64,000 nt of DNA from the human T2T-CHM13v2.0 reference genome, Homo sapiens: assembly GCF_009914755.1 (NCBI RefSeq), contig NC_060927.1. One strand, 5' to 3'. The translations under genes were made by a program, and so were the position numbers. Positions 41,412 through 55,060 of the stretch are shown here, one piece after another. The notes under the pieces were generated by a model that was not told the DNA's origin, ran no database searches, and was given only the letters and a program-made list of their open reading frames with translations. Positions within the stretch are counted from its first letter, which is position 1, and the number at the start of each line of letters is the position of its first letter.

Positions 41412-41860
41412 AATAAGCTGTCCTGTTAAAGCACAAAGACCCTCAGACCGCATAGAAACAAACTCCAGCTATGTCATTTCTACAAGAGACTAATTAAATA
41501 AAACACAAGAACATGAAAAGTTTGAATGTCAAGCCTAGAAAGAATATGTCAGGAAAATATTAACAAAAAGAAAGCAGGTCTACAAAACAAAACAGACTTT
41601 GAGGGAAAATAAAAGCATTAAAAAAGATAAAGAGAGTCAATAAATAATGCTAAGAGGTTCAATTTGTTAGGAACATAACAATTGAAAACTTTATTTACTG
41701 AATAGTACAGCTTCAAAATATATAAACAAAACTGGTTTGATCTATGAAGAGGCATTAATAAATCCTTCACTATTTTAATACAGCTTTCTTGGTTATTGGC
41801 AGATCAAGTATAAAACCATATTGGCAAGGATAATTGAGATTTGAACAGCATAATTTAAAA
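41412..41860 (+). mobile_element. Ancient L1M ORF2 5' (endonuclease-region) remnant
   Basis: tctacaagagac, aacaaaaagaaagcagg, acagacttt, gataaagag...aggttcaatt, gcttcaaaatatataaac motifs in L1 ORF2 order. Confidence 0.7.
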
Positions 41861-42097
41861 GCTTTTAGGACACTGCGTTGGTTTGCCACCTTCCCCAAGT
41901 CCCAAATTCACCCCATATACACTCCCATCACTCTTGTCCTGACTTTTTCATTGGCTTATCTCAGGGTAGTCCTTGATTTGGGTCTGCACTGCAAGTTGTA
42001 TTATCTGCCTCTGGTTTGTGGCTTTACTCATATTCTCAATTTTACCTTCACAGTTTCTTAAGCAAGATTTCTCCCTTCCAGTATCTTAGTGAAATAA

Positions 42098-43947
42098 TTT
42101 TTTTTCATTTTTTGGTTTTTTTTTCTTCCAAAAAAAAGGATACATGTGCAGAATGTGCAGGTTTGTTACATAGGTATACATGTGCCATGGTGGTTTGCTG
42201 CACTTATTGACCCATCCTCTAAGTTCCTCCCCTCACTCCCACCTCCCAACAGGCCCTAGTATGTGTTTTTCCCCTCTCTGTGTCCATGTGTTCTCATTGT
42301 TCAACTCCCACTTATGAGTGAGAGTCGAACATGCAGTATTTGGTTTTCTGTTCCTGTGTTACTTTCCTGAGGATGATGGCTTCCAGCTTCATCCATGTCC
42401 CTGCAAAGGACATAATCTCATTCCTTTTTATGGCTGGATAGTCTTCCATGATGTATATGTGCCATATTTTCATTATCCAGTCTATCTATTGATGGGCATT
42501 TGTGTTGGTTTTGTGTCTTTATGATTGTAAATAGCGCTGCAGTAAACATACTTGTGCATGTGTCTTTATAAGAGAATGATTTATATTCCTTTGGGTATAT
42601 ACCCAGTAATGGGATTGCTGGGTCAAATGAAATTTCTGGTTCTAGATCCTTGAGGAATTGCCATACTGTCTTCCACAATGGCTGAACTAGTTTACATTCC
42701 CACCAACAGTATAAAAGCATTCCTGTTTCTCCACAGCCTCACCAATATCCACTGTTTCCTGACTTTAATAATTGCCATTCTGACTGGTGTAAGATGGTAT
42801 CTCACTGTGGTTTTGATTTGCATTTCTCTAATGACAAGTGATGATGAGCTTTTTTTCATATGTTTGTTGGCTGCATAAATGTCTTCTTTTGAGAAGTGTC
42901 TGTTCATACCCTTTGCCCGCTTTTTGATGGGGTTGTTTGTTTTTTCTTGTAAATTTGTTTAAGTTCCTTGCAGATTCTGGATATTAGACCTTTGTCAGGT
43001 GGGTAGATTTCAAAAATGTTCTCCCATTCTGTAGGTTGCCTGTTCACTCTGATGATAGTTTCTTTTGCTGTGCAGAAGCTCTTTAGTTTAATTAGATCCC
43101 ATTTGTCAATTTTGGCTTTTGTTGCAATTACTTTTAGCATTTTTGTCATGAAGTCTTTGCCTATGCCTACATCCTGAATGGTATTGCCTAGGTTTTCTTC
43201 CAGGGTTATTATAATTTTGGGTTTTACATTTAAGTCTTTAATCCATCTTGAGTTGATTTCTGTATAAGGTATAAGGAAGGGTTCCAGTTTCAGTTTTCTG
43301 CATATGGCTAGCCGGTTTTCCCAGCACCGTTTATCCAATAGGAGATCCTTTCCCCATTGCTTGTTTTTGTCAGGCTTGTTGAAGATTAGATGGTTGTAGA
43401 TGTGTGGTGTTATTTCTAAGGTCTCCATTCTGCTGCATTGGTCCCAATGTCTGTGGTGTTACCAGTACCATCCTGTTTTGGTTACTGGAGCCTTGTAGTA
43501 TAGTTTGAAGTCAGGTAGAGTGATGCCTCCAGCTTTGTTCTTTTTGTTTAGGATTGTCTTGGCTATATGGGGTCTTTTTTGATTCCATATGAAATTTAAA
43601 ATAGTTTTTTCTAATTCTGTGAAGAATGTCAATGGTAGTTTGATGGGAATAGCACTGAATCTATAAATTACTTTGGGCAGTGGCCATTTTCATGATACTG
43701 ATTCTTCCTATCCATGAGGATGGAATGATTTTCTGTTTGTTTGCATCCTCTCTTATTTCCTTGAGCAGTGGTTTGTAGTTCTCCTTGAAGAGATCCTTCA
43801 CATCCCATGTTAGCTGTATTCCTAGGTATTTTGTTCTCTTTGTAGAGATTGTGAATGGGAGTTCATTCATGATTTGGCTCTCCGCTCGTCTCTTGTTGGT
43901 GTAAATGAATCCTTATGATTTTTGCACAGTGATTTTGTATCTTGAGA
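42098..43947 (-). mobile_element. L1PA (L1PA8-like) 5'-truncated LINE-1, ~1.85 kb
   Basis: Antisense 3' UTR (ggatacatgtgcagaatgtgcaggtttgttacatagg); ORFs 42418-43870(-) translate to frameshifted ORF2 ([42 protein letters not shown]). Confidence 0.96.
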
Positions 43948-44034
43948 GATACACAAACTAAAATTGTGTCCTCAGGATACAGCTTTAAATTCTATATGTT
44001 TATTATTTTATTCAATTTTGTGTTCAAATCATCC

Positions 44035-44115
44035 TATGTGCTATCATTTTTCCAATTACACAGATGAGAAAATTGAGGCCCTGGGAGATTAAATTACTTG
44101 CTCAAGAGAGCACAC
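44035..44115 (-). mobile_element. MIR fragment
   Basis: ccaattacacagatgagaaaattgaggccctgggagattaaattacttgctcaag. Confidence 0.75.
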
Positions 44116-44299
44116 CTATTCTATTAAAAGGGAGATAAAATAATATTTATAATTTTTAAAAATATAATTCTGAAAACTCTAGCAGCTTTTTGACAAGTGT
44201 TTTGCTTTTGTTGTCAATTAATACTGTTACCAAATGATACTCTTCTTAATTTATTCATATCCACAGTGACGAATTGCACAAAATTATCCAAAAGATTAT

Positions 44300-44505
44300 T
44301 AGGTAGGTCTCATTTAGTGGCAACCAAGAGTAAACAAACTATTTTAAGCAAAAAGATAATTTCTTGGCATGAAGTACTAGGAAGTACAAGTGTACAGATG
44401 GCCTTAGACATGGCTGGATCTGGGTACTGAATATGTAATCAGAATATTATCTCTCCCCATCTCCCCGCATGCTTTCCTCTATATTAACTTCATTTTTAGA
44501 CAGGG
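44300..44505 (-). mobile_element. MLT1J/K-like LTR fragment
   Basis: ttaagcaaaaagataatttcttggcat...agacatggctggatctgggtact...ctttcctct...acttcattttt. Confidence 0.55.
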
Positions 44506-44663
44506 GAGACTGAGTAGATCACAGTTTTAGGAAGTTGACCCTGAGTCGGTCTGCCTGTGTGTTCCAGTCCTATCTAATTAGAAACAGAGGTTACAAATAA
44601 GTTCTTCAACATTGTTTATTTCTCAATAGCACCTAGAACAGTATTGGCACATAGTAGATGCTC

Positions 44664-44993
<330 letters not shown>

Positions 44994-45173
44994 TAAATGC
45001 TCACTAAAATTTATTAACTGAATGGCTTATGTGAAGAAACTCTTGTTGAATTACTGGAAGAGGTTAAGGCAAACACCTGTCTTTGATAATACTTATTCTA
45101 AAATGTTATTTATAAGCTTGGTTATATGTATAGTGAGATTTTACCAAGTTATGATTTGTATAAGAAAACATTT

Positions 45174-45590
<417 letters not shown>

Positions 45591-45777
45591 TCAACTCTGG
45601 AGGTGGAGCTCAGATACCAGACAAAATTGAGGACTAAGACAAGGACTGGGCGGAAGTAGCTTTCCTGAAGACATGCTCACTAGTGTGCCATGTCAGTTTA
45701 CCATTGCAATGGCAGCACCTGCGAGCGACCACCGCCTTTCCAGGCAATAACCCGATGACCCAGAAGTTACTACCCTT

Positions 45778-45786
45778 TTCCGGGAA
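45778..45786. promoter_or_regulatory. Candidate STAT (GAS) site TTCCGGGAA in the LTR U3 region
   Basis: Exact match to TTCCNGGAA; function not shown. Confidence 0.35.
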
Positions 45787-45828
45787 ATTTCTACCTAAAT
45801 CACCCCTTGATCTGTATTAAAGTAAGTA

Positions 45829-46166
<338 letters not shown>

Positions 46167-47177
46167 CTACTCTCAGCACACTGCCTATGGGGTAGCCCTG
46201 CTCTCTGCAGGAGCAGTCACAAGAGTTGTAACACTGCCAGAGCTGTTAACACTGCTGCCTCGATACAACTGTTTTCTTCTACCCTACCACCAGCTTGTCC
46301 TTGAATTCTCTGCTGGACAAAGCCAAGAACAGTTGCGGACTAAGCTCCACTGTCCTGCATCAGAATGGCTTCAAAAGTTACAAATTGTCAATGACAAAAT
46401 GTAAATTGACACTAATAAGTTAATCACAAAATTGAGCCCTTAAAAATGATTTCAATGTTATATTAGGAACAAAGCTTCCTTTCCTGCTGTTTTTCTATGT
46501 ATTCCCAGAAAAAAATTCATAGTTTGTGTGATAATTCTTTATTCAAGCTTGACTAAAACTTATAAGCAACTACATAGAGTTACCTTGGACTCCTCTTTAT
46601 CGTTTAACATGTGGATGTAACATTCAACCCAAACTCATTCAAGTACAGAAGGGTGATGTTTTCTTAATATTAGTACAGTAGAGTTCATAGATAGATGTTT
46701 TTGGCTATGTTATAAGCCCAAAATGGCATGATTAAAGCCATTTTACATTTCTCTGCATGCTGGAGTATTTTGTAAAATGGCTGTTTCTAAGACAAATGCA
46801 TAAGAGCTTCTGCGTATAATGAAGCCATAGTCTTCAGGTAAAAAAGAAAAAAAAACCCTCTAGTTAGGCAAGTTTTCTCTTTATCTGAAGGTTTGTAAGT
46901 TCAAAATTAACCATTTAAAAATGATCAGAAGATTTTAAATTAATGTACGTTTTTATGTAGCACATGCAAAGTTTAAACTGTTTCTTAGTGACTTAGGAGT
47001 GATCATCATGACTATTAATTACACACAGATGCTGTCCTAGGCTCTTTTCAGGCATTTATGTTGTAATTCATGGTACTACTACTGTGAGTCCTCCACCCTC
47101 CATTAGAGTTATTTATTTATGCTCTGCCTTATGCTAAAGGACTTAATATTCCTTAAAATACATCTTAAAAGATTTTT

Positions 47178-47580
47178 TTCTGTGTCAGTTTGCCAAGAAT
47201 AATGGCCTCCAGCTCCATTCCTGTCCCTGCAAAGGATATGATCTTGTTCTTTTCTGTGGCTGCATGGTATTCCATGGTGTATATGTACTACATTTTCTTT
47301 ATCCAGTCTGTCATTGATGAGCATTTAACCAAATACTGCATGTTCTCACTTATAAGTGGGAGCTAAATGATGAGAACACATGGACTTATAGAGGGGAACA
47401 CTCTGGGCCTATTAGAAGGAGGAGGGTGGGAGGAGGGAGAGCAGGGAAAATAACTAATGGGTACTAGGCTTAATCCCTGGGGGATGAAATAATCTGTATA
47501 ACACACCTCCAGGACACAAGTTTACCTGTGTAACAAACCTGCACTTGTACCCCTGAACCTAAAAGTTAAAAAAAAAAATT
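47178..47580 (+). mobile_element. Older L1PA 3' end with 5' inversion (twin priming)
   Basis: 47178-47327 is antisense L1; 47328-47580 is the sense 3' UTR plus poly(A); the two parts are near-contiguous in the consensus. Confidence 0.9.
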
Positions 47581-48739
47581 TTTTTTTAAATGTTAAGAAA
47601 ACGAAGAAATCAGGACACTGATGAATTAAGTAGAATGAATAAGACGAAGCTGGGGACGATATTAGTACACAAAGTACATGTTGTGAACTGCTGCCCATAT
47701 GCTGGAAGAAGGCACACATGACTAGCAAGCCCCCAAAACAGGGAGATGTCAAATGGGCTGCAGTTGTTTGTGTTCAAAGGTGCAGAAGAATCAGAACCAT
47801 TTCTGACACTGAGCAAAACTTCCCAGGGTCTCCACAGCTTCCCACATGTTCTCTGTTTTACCTGGAATGTCCTTCCACCACTCTCCACCTGGCTAACTCT
47901 TTTTGAAAACACTGTTCAAAAATCCCTCATCCGTATCCTGAATGTTTAGTTACCTTTCTCCTCCATAGTGTTGAAAGCTCCTCAATGGAGCTTTCCAATG
48001 GAGCTCCTCCTAATAAACATGCTCATTATAAATCTAAAAAACTAGTTTCTTAGAGCTATTTTTATAGCTTTTCCTACTGTACACACACTTCAGGGGAAAA
48101 AAAAAAAACCAGCTTTATAGTTGAACTAACACAGTGCAACTTAACACCTGCAACTAGGGGCCTCACTTCATTCAGAGATATATTTTAGCAGGTTAGATAT
48201 ATTGCAAATCATTATACAACTGTAGGAAATTATTATTTCAACCAAATATTTGATATGTGTTAAGCAATGATGAATTTGAAGTTACTTTAATGTATCTTGA
48301 GAACAGTGATTCTATGTTGCTTCTTTAAATATGGAGCAATTTACTTTCCTGTCAATGGAACTGGGTATGACATTGACTTTTGTAAGGTACGCAGGCATGC
48401 ACCTGTACCTGGGCCAAAGGAGATCCTACTCCAGCATGCAGAGAAATGTAAAATGGCTTTAATCATGCCAGAAATAAAGGCTGCTCTAATTGGATGTTTT
48501 GTCTTTGATATTGTCTCTTTCCTTGATTAAGCTATTAGCTATCACTTCTTACAACTCTCCAAATACTTACATACTCAAAAATTTCCATGTGTAGTGTAAG
48601 TTAGATTAGTAAACTAGATATTTAAGCTTATTTTAAAATTATCTAAGTAAAAATATGATGTACCTCATGTAGACCTAACTGAATACATTCTGATGAGTAT
48701 GAGATGGTTAAGGTGGATATTAAACCTGCTTTTCTGCCT

Positions 48740-49500
48740 TGAGAGCTCTTCTACCACTCCACATCCAGTTACTCAACAAGCTACAGCATTTCGCTTCTGA
48801 AATAGCTCTGCTCCTGTTTTTTAGCTGTCTCTTTATTTGGGGGCTTATGTCATCTTACATGGCATATTGCAGAAATACCCTATTTGGTCTCTCTGTCATT
48901 ACCCTTCTAATCCAACCTTTACACTCATCTTTTGGATACCTTTCATAAATGCAAATCTTTCTATAAATACCTAACAACCTTGGAATAAAAGCCAAATTCT
49001 TTTCTCACTCAGTTATTCACACAAATTTTTGTTATGTGTCATGCATTGTGTTGGATGCTTAACAACACATGCGAAATCTTTCCAAGATTGTCTCCCTTGC
49101 TTCAACTCCCAGCTTTCCCCCACTCATAGTCTATGAGTACATTTATTATCCAGAAGTATGAACTCCTCCAGAATGCAGAATATTCTCTCATATTTCCAAT
49201 TGTTTGCATATTCTGGTGCTTCCGCATGAAATATTCTTCCCTCTTGTCCTTTTAAGACTCATCTCCTCTGTAAAGACTTCTTGTCACTTCTTCCCATCCT
49301 TAGGCAGAGATAGAGACTTTGTTTTGGTGCTCAAATAGCCATGTTTTCAATACTTGCATGATAAGTTTAATCATGGTGTTTGTAACTTTTTGTGTCCTTG
49401 CATTATTTTTTCTAATAGATTGGGAAGACAGGGGTATTATCTTGTTCATCTTGTGTCCATGACAAATAGTACATGTTCAGTTAATGTCTACTGAAGAAAT
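48740..49500 (+). mobile_element. L2 fragments
   Basis: cacatccagttactcaac...catattgcagaaataccctatttggtctctctg...tcttgttcatcttgtgtcc. Confidence 0.55.
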
Positions 49501-49609
49501 TACTGAGTTATCACCTGCCTGCTTTCGGTGGGCAATAAATTGATGGCACTACCATGGTCCAAGCCCTATTGTATGTCATGTTTATTTGCAAAATTGCCTT
49601 CTACCTTCC

Positions 49610-49722
49610 CTTCTGATTAGATTGTAAGCCCTTGAAGATCAGGGAGTTATTACTCATGTGATACCTAGAAAAATGCTTAGCATGTAGTAAGTACTCAATC
49701 CATAATTACTGAATTGAATTGA
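49610..49722 (+). mobile_element. L2/MIR-type 3' end
   Basis: tagattgtaagcccttgaagatcaggg...cctagaaaaatgcttagcatgtagtaagtactcaat...tgaattgaattgaa. Confidence 0.75.
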
Positions 49723-51011
49723 AAGTACTCCAACAAATTTCCTTGTAGTTTGTTTGAACTTCTAAAATGATGACATCATTGCTGTGTGATTAATAAAGAC
49801 ATTTAAAGAAGGAATTACAAAACTTCCTAGGGAAATCATTTCTCCTCTTAGTTCCCGCTCTCTTCTGGTTTCTTACCCACTCTAATAGACTAATTAGACT
49901 TGCATAGAGATGGGACAGCAGGCTGTGGAAGGGAAAGCTGTATAATGCAGTAGAAGTACCATAGAAATAAAAAAATAAATTGGATTTTTTGATGACAAAA
50001 AAGTATAGAAAAAATTGCTGGAAACGTTAATTCAAGAAGCATCTAGGTGAGAGGAAGCAGAATCAGAACTGTGTTTGGGGAAGGAAGCAGTCAAAGTGAG
50101 GCAGTTTTGACAGTATGTGGTGGATAGTCTCTCTGGTATGACTAATTGAGAATTGATTGTGCATGCAGAAAGGTTATGTTTTATTAAGGGAAACCTTTTT
50201 TCCCTTTTGTCGTTATGAAATCCACTCTTCTGCAGATGTTATTCCCTTCCCATACTAAACCCTCATTAATTTATAATTCACCGCATTGCTTTAAAAGTGC
50301 TGCACAGATTTCCTGTTTCTCTCACATGCAGTGCTTCTAATAGAGAAAGTCAACTCAGGATATAGGTTGAAATGCTGCTTGTCTTGAGGGCTGCATGCCA
50401 GACTTGATGGTGCCAAAACATTTCACCAATTGTCTCTTAGATCATTGTAAAGGTTTCAAAGTGCTATTTCATAGGCTTTAAGAAAGTGAATTTACACTCT
50501 AAAACAACTCTTTCACTATTGACTGTAAATTGACTCTGGTGTTTGGAATCTGGAGTCAAAGTCAAATGGTTTCCTGGTGGGATTCTCTTAATTTCAAGGA
50601 CAAGAACTCACAGAGAGAAGGGTACACTTTCTTCAAGTGAAGATTCTGAGGGCAGAGGCAAAAGAAACACAGAGAAGGAAATGAATACCCCTTCTCCCAT
50701 CATAACTCTTCTCTCTGCCAGTAAATTTGACAGAACTTGGGAAATATTTGGGTACAGAGATGTAGAAAAATAAGTGAAAATGGCTTTTCAATTTTTAATT
50801 ACCCAACATGCCATTGGTGAAGATAAGAATTAAAGGAGGATTAGTTTTCACATTTCTTTTCATTGATTACTACTTTACTGATATATAGGAAATAAAATGA
50901 TAAATTGACAATTTAGATATATGTTTTCAATTTAAACATCTTGAATATGAAATGCCTAAGAGATATATAGATAGAAGCTTCAGGACTTTTTAGAGATTTC
51001 AAGTAAATATG

Positions 51012-51056
51012 GTGTGTGTGTGTGTGTGTATGTGTGTCTGCATGTGTGTGGTGTGC
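51012..51056. repeat. Imperfect (TG)n microsatellite
   Basis: Directly visible. Confidence 0.9.
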
Positions 51057-51089
51057 GTTGGGGTGAATGTATTACTATGAAGTATAATA

Positions 51090-51416
51090 CAGGGGTTAAA
51101 ATCTCACATATCTCACATGTTCCAGACAGAGAACATACATACATAAAGCAAAACCAGGATGGGGGCTGATAGGAATATGTGGCTGGACAAAAGGGTCAGT
51201 AGCTATTAAGCTCTGGTTGATTACTGCCAAAGAAGAATGCAGGCCAGTGTGACCAAATTTGGTGTTTTTCCAAGAGAAACTGGAAAACTATATTTTTGTT
51301 CGTTCAATGTCACATGAATATCTGCAACTAACTAAAAATTGAAATTTTATGATGTCCAAATAAAACACATATATAAGGCAAATTCAGCCCCACAGGATAC
51401 TAGTTTGAGACCTCTG
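51090..51416 (+). mobile_element. MER102-like hAT-Charlie non-autonomous DNA transposon
   Basis: Terminal inverted repeats caggggtt.../...agtttgagacctctg; internal gaatgcaggccagtgt, caagagaaactggaaa, ccaaataaaacac. Confidence 0.8.
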
Positions 51417-51814
51417 AATTAAAGTCTTATTGGGAGTAAAAGACACGTAACATGTTAAGAAATTGAAGAGTGGTCTAAGCCATTACATAACTGGAAGTCA
51501 AATTAAATAAAATTAAGTGTCAATGGATAAACTTGTAAGTATTCTGGAAAGGGAGAGATCAATGTTGGTTGAGGTTTAACCAAAATTATGTGAAGAAGTG
51601 GGGCTTTGCCTGAAACTTGAGGAATGATTGGCTATCATTGGCAATAAACAAGGGAGAAATAGAGATGATGCTTAGGGAAGACAGTGAGTAGCTTATTCTT
51701 AGTGGAAACAAAGAAAGAACTAGAACCATTTCTCCTAACTCCTGGTTTATTGTTTTATCTTCCATGTTCTACCACCTCCTATTTGATCTTGGATAAAACA
51801 GGGATACATAGAAA

Positions 51815-51895
51815 TATTAATTAATTAAGCAAATATTTATTGAGCACCTACTGTGTGCCAAACACTTGTCTAGGGTATAAGGTACAGTATATGTT
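51815..51895 (-). mobile_element. L2 3' end
   Basis: gcaaatatttattgagcacctactgtgtgccaaacact. Confidence 0.85.
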
Positions 51896-54821
51896 AATGC
51901 TGTATACATGCTTTCCCACATAGAGAAACAGGTCAGCTCCAGCTTTTTTACATAAACATTCACACTAGATACACTTTAATTATTCTAGAAGGCAGGGAAA
52001 TTATTTGAGAATTTTCATAATCCTGGGGAAATATAGTAAAAAATAAAATTTTGAATATGGACATACTATATCAAGAGCAAATAGTTGTGCCAATATTTCT
52101 AGAAGCAAATGAGTATTAAACAATATCTTGTTTATCTAAAGCTAATAAAAATTTAGAAATGGGTAGCCAAACTAAAATAGCAATTTGATCAGCTAATGAA
52201 CACATTTCATTCAACAGCCATTGAATGAGTACTTATCATAGGGACAAGTATTAAAATCAATGTAAGTAATATTATTATACTTTGTTCCTTGGCTCTTATG
52301 CCCTTTGATAAGGTGGCATGTGGATTTGGAGAGAATAGAAAAGAGAAAAAGAACAAATATTTTGAGGAGGGTGAAACTGATGTGTGCCACCCCAAATCTT
52401 TGATTATATATTTTATGTAGCATTTCATTGTATAAAGAAATAATATACATGTATAAATAATTTTTTAAAAATTGGATTTCTAGTTTCAGCAAATGCCTTT
52501 ATGCTCTTTTTAAAATATGACAGTCTGGTTTACAATTGAAGTACATTATGTATCAAAGGACCCATATTTGACAGTGTACAAAGTTATGCGTTTAAAAATA
52601 ATTACACTGTTAACCAATGAATATGAGTTAATACTGGGAAGAAAAACTTTATTCAAGTGTTCATTGCCCATAGCAAAGTAAATTATAGAACAGAAAGTTA
52701 ATAAAACATCTAAGTTGATGTTTCAAACTCAATATTACTTTTAAAACATCATCAAGCAGTTGAAAGCCATGCCAAAGAGATTAGTTAAAGGCTAGGTGAC
52801 TGAATACGATATATGTACTTACAAAGCTTTCATTGCATAGTGACATTCTGTTCAAAACATACTATGTTGCTGGCCTAACCTTTCCATCTGTTTCTCACAG
52901 TCTTCTTATCCAGGTAGTTTTCCAAGACATACGGAATATTAGCTATGCACTCTCTAAATTTACCTTGAGAGAGATCAGATCCATATCATAAGAAAAATAA
53001 AGTGTCAGCATGACCATCTTAAATCTGTATCTTGGATATTATTTTTAAAAGCTAGTCTTTCATAGCTGACGTACTACATAACAAATACAATACATTTTAA
53101 CCTTATTTTCCTGTGCACCTTCCACAAATCCATACTGCAATCACGAAAAGGGATACAAATCAATATTCACTTAATAATTTTGATTAGAAAAGGTATAACC
53201 CAAAGGACCATTCCAGTATTGAAATTTCAGTAATATTTCACCTCCCTCAGTCCTATTTCTACTGCATCAGCACAACATTATCTCAGCTAGCAGCCATTAA
53301 GATGGTTTTCTCTTTCATGTTGATGCTCTTGCATACATTTTACAGCCTGCTCTGATGGAATTTTTATCTTCGCAAATGTATTTCCTAATTTGTCTATTTC
53401 TGTGTCCAGTAAACTTTAGTCTATAGACTAAGAAGTCAAAAGTTATAGCTACCTTTAAGTTACATAACTTTAGAGACAGAATTTTCTACAGTGAGAAATT
53501 TAACATACTTTCTTAAGGCATTTTGGTGAACAATAAAACTTTCTTGTTAAATTTTTGCTTTGCAATTTACAAGAATTGGGAATTTGGGGTGATTTGAGAA
53601 AAAGAGGATTATTCAATGGATACCACCTGCATCATAAGGCTAGACTAATTCTTTTGAAAGGTTAAAATTGGCAGTTACTTTAAATGATCTTTTGTCGACT
53701 TTTGGAGGTAACACAGATGTCTACTACATTTTTCCCAGTGAATGTGTTATAAAATTTAACTGTAGGGTAGTGAGGCTGTGGATTCAGAGACATAATAAAG
53801 CTATTTGGAAATCTGGGAGATTTTGTTTTGTTACAGTAGTATTTTCCCTGAAGTCCCTTAGTCAATAGAAGGAATGCAATTTCCTAGGAACTGCAGATTA
53901 CTTTATATGGGTGATTGACAATTTATAAAACTTGCATCTTTCCTAAAGAAGGTTTTTATATTGCACAGATATTTTGTTCACCACAAGCAAGATTAAAATA
54001 AGCTAATGAAATATGCAACTTGTTATTTCACATTTAGTGACTATGAAATAACTGCTGCTCTCAAAGAACCAATCTGTCAACCTCCAGAGGACTAAATAGT
54101 GCATGGGACAGGGGACAATCATAACTTAGCTAGTCAAATGCATTTTTTGTCTTGTCCGACTATATTATTAGATAGTATTGGTAAAATTAAGATTTTTTTA
54201 ATTAAAACTTTTACTAAAAGCTTCTATTTCAAGGAATTTTTGACTATGAAATGGAATATAATGGATCAAATTTTTAAAATATTAATAGGTTAATATTTTT
54301 ATATTGTGCATAATCCTGGTTCCCAAACAGATAAAATTTCTATATACAAAGAGTTTAGTTATGGGGGGTAAAATGAAAACTTTAAAAGAAATATTTTCTA
54401 TTTAACAAAGACGTACAGGTGACTCTTAGTTACTCAAGGCAGGACAATCTCAGTCCACAAAGAGATTGTAAGTGTGTTTGAGTCAGGAGCCTAGTTTTTC
54501 CTTTATATTTTCTCCTTCATAATTATAAGCATATTAGGACAAATAACAACTTTTTATTGCATTGGGGGCTCTTGAAATAATGTAGTATGTTTTCTACCAT
54601 ATAGAAAACTATATTTTATCATAAAAACAGAAAAGTTTTAGCAAGGAGTAATCCTTCCCAGAAGACTGGATCTGTTGATTAACAGCATTTTAATGTGAGG
54701 ACTCTGTCTTTGCAAAATTAACTGCAGATAATATTATGGTGGAATTAGTTGACAAGAGATGAATGTATAAGACAACAGTTTGGCAGAGGAAATATTAGTA
54801 TGCATGCCATCCTTGAAGAAT

Positions 54822-55060
54822 ATTTTAAAAATATAATTTACATAAAGATCTTAGTGGTAGGATTTAACAGATTTTGACAGATGCATTCAACGGTGTAACC
54901 AACAAGCTAGTCAACAGATAGAACATCTTCGTCACCCAATCTCTTTCCAGTCAATCTCCCCTGTACCCAGCGCATAGAAAACCAGTGCTTCCATTTTTAT
55001 CATCATAAATTGGCTTTGTCTGAATTTCATATAAATGAAATAATATGGTATATACTTAGA
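54822..55060 (-). mobile_element. L1ME-type 3' UTR fragment
   Basis: atataatttacata...ttttgacagatgcat...gatagaacatc...tccagtcaatc...gaatttcatataaatgaaat. Confidence 0.7.

Noticed and set aside
42418-43870. Minus-strand ORFs with real protein motifs
   Set aside because: Frameshifted L1 ORF2 remnants of a truncated L1PA, not a host gene or an active element.
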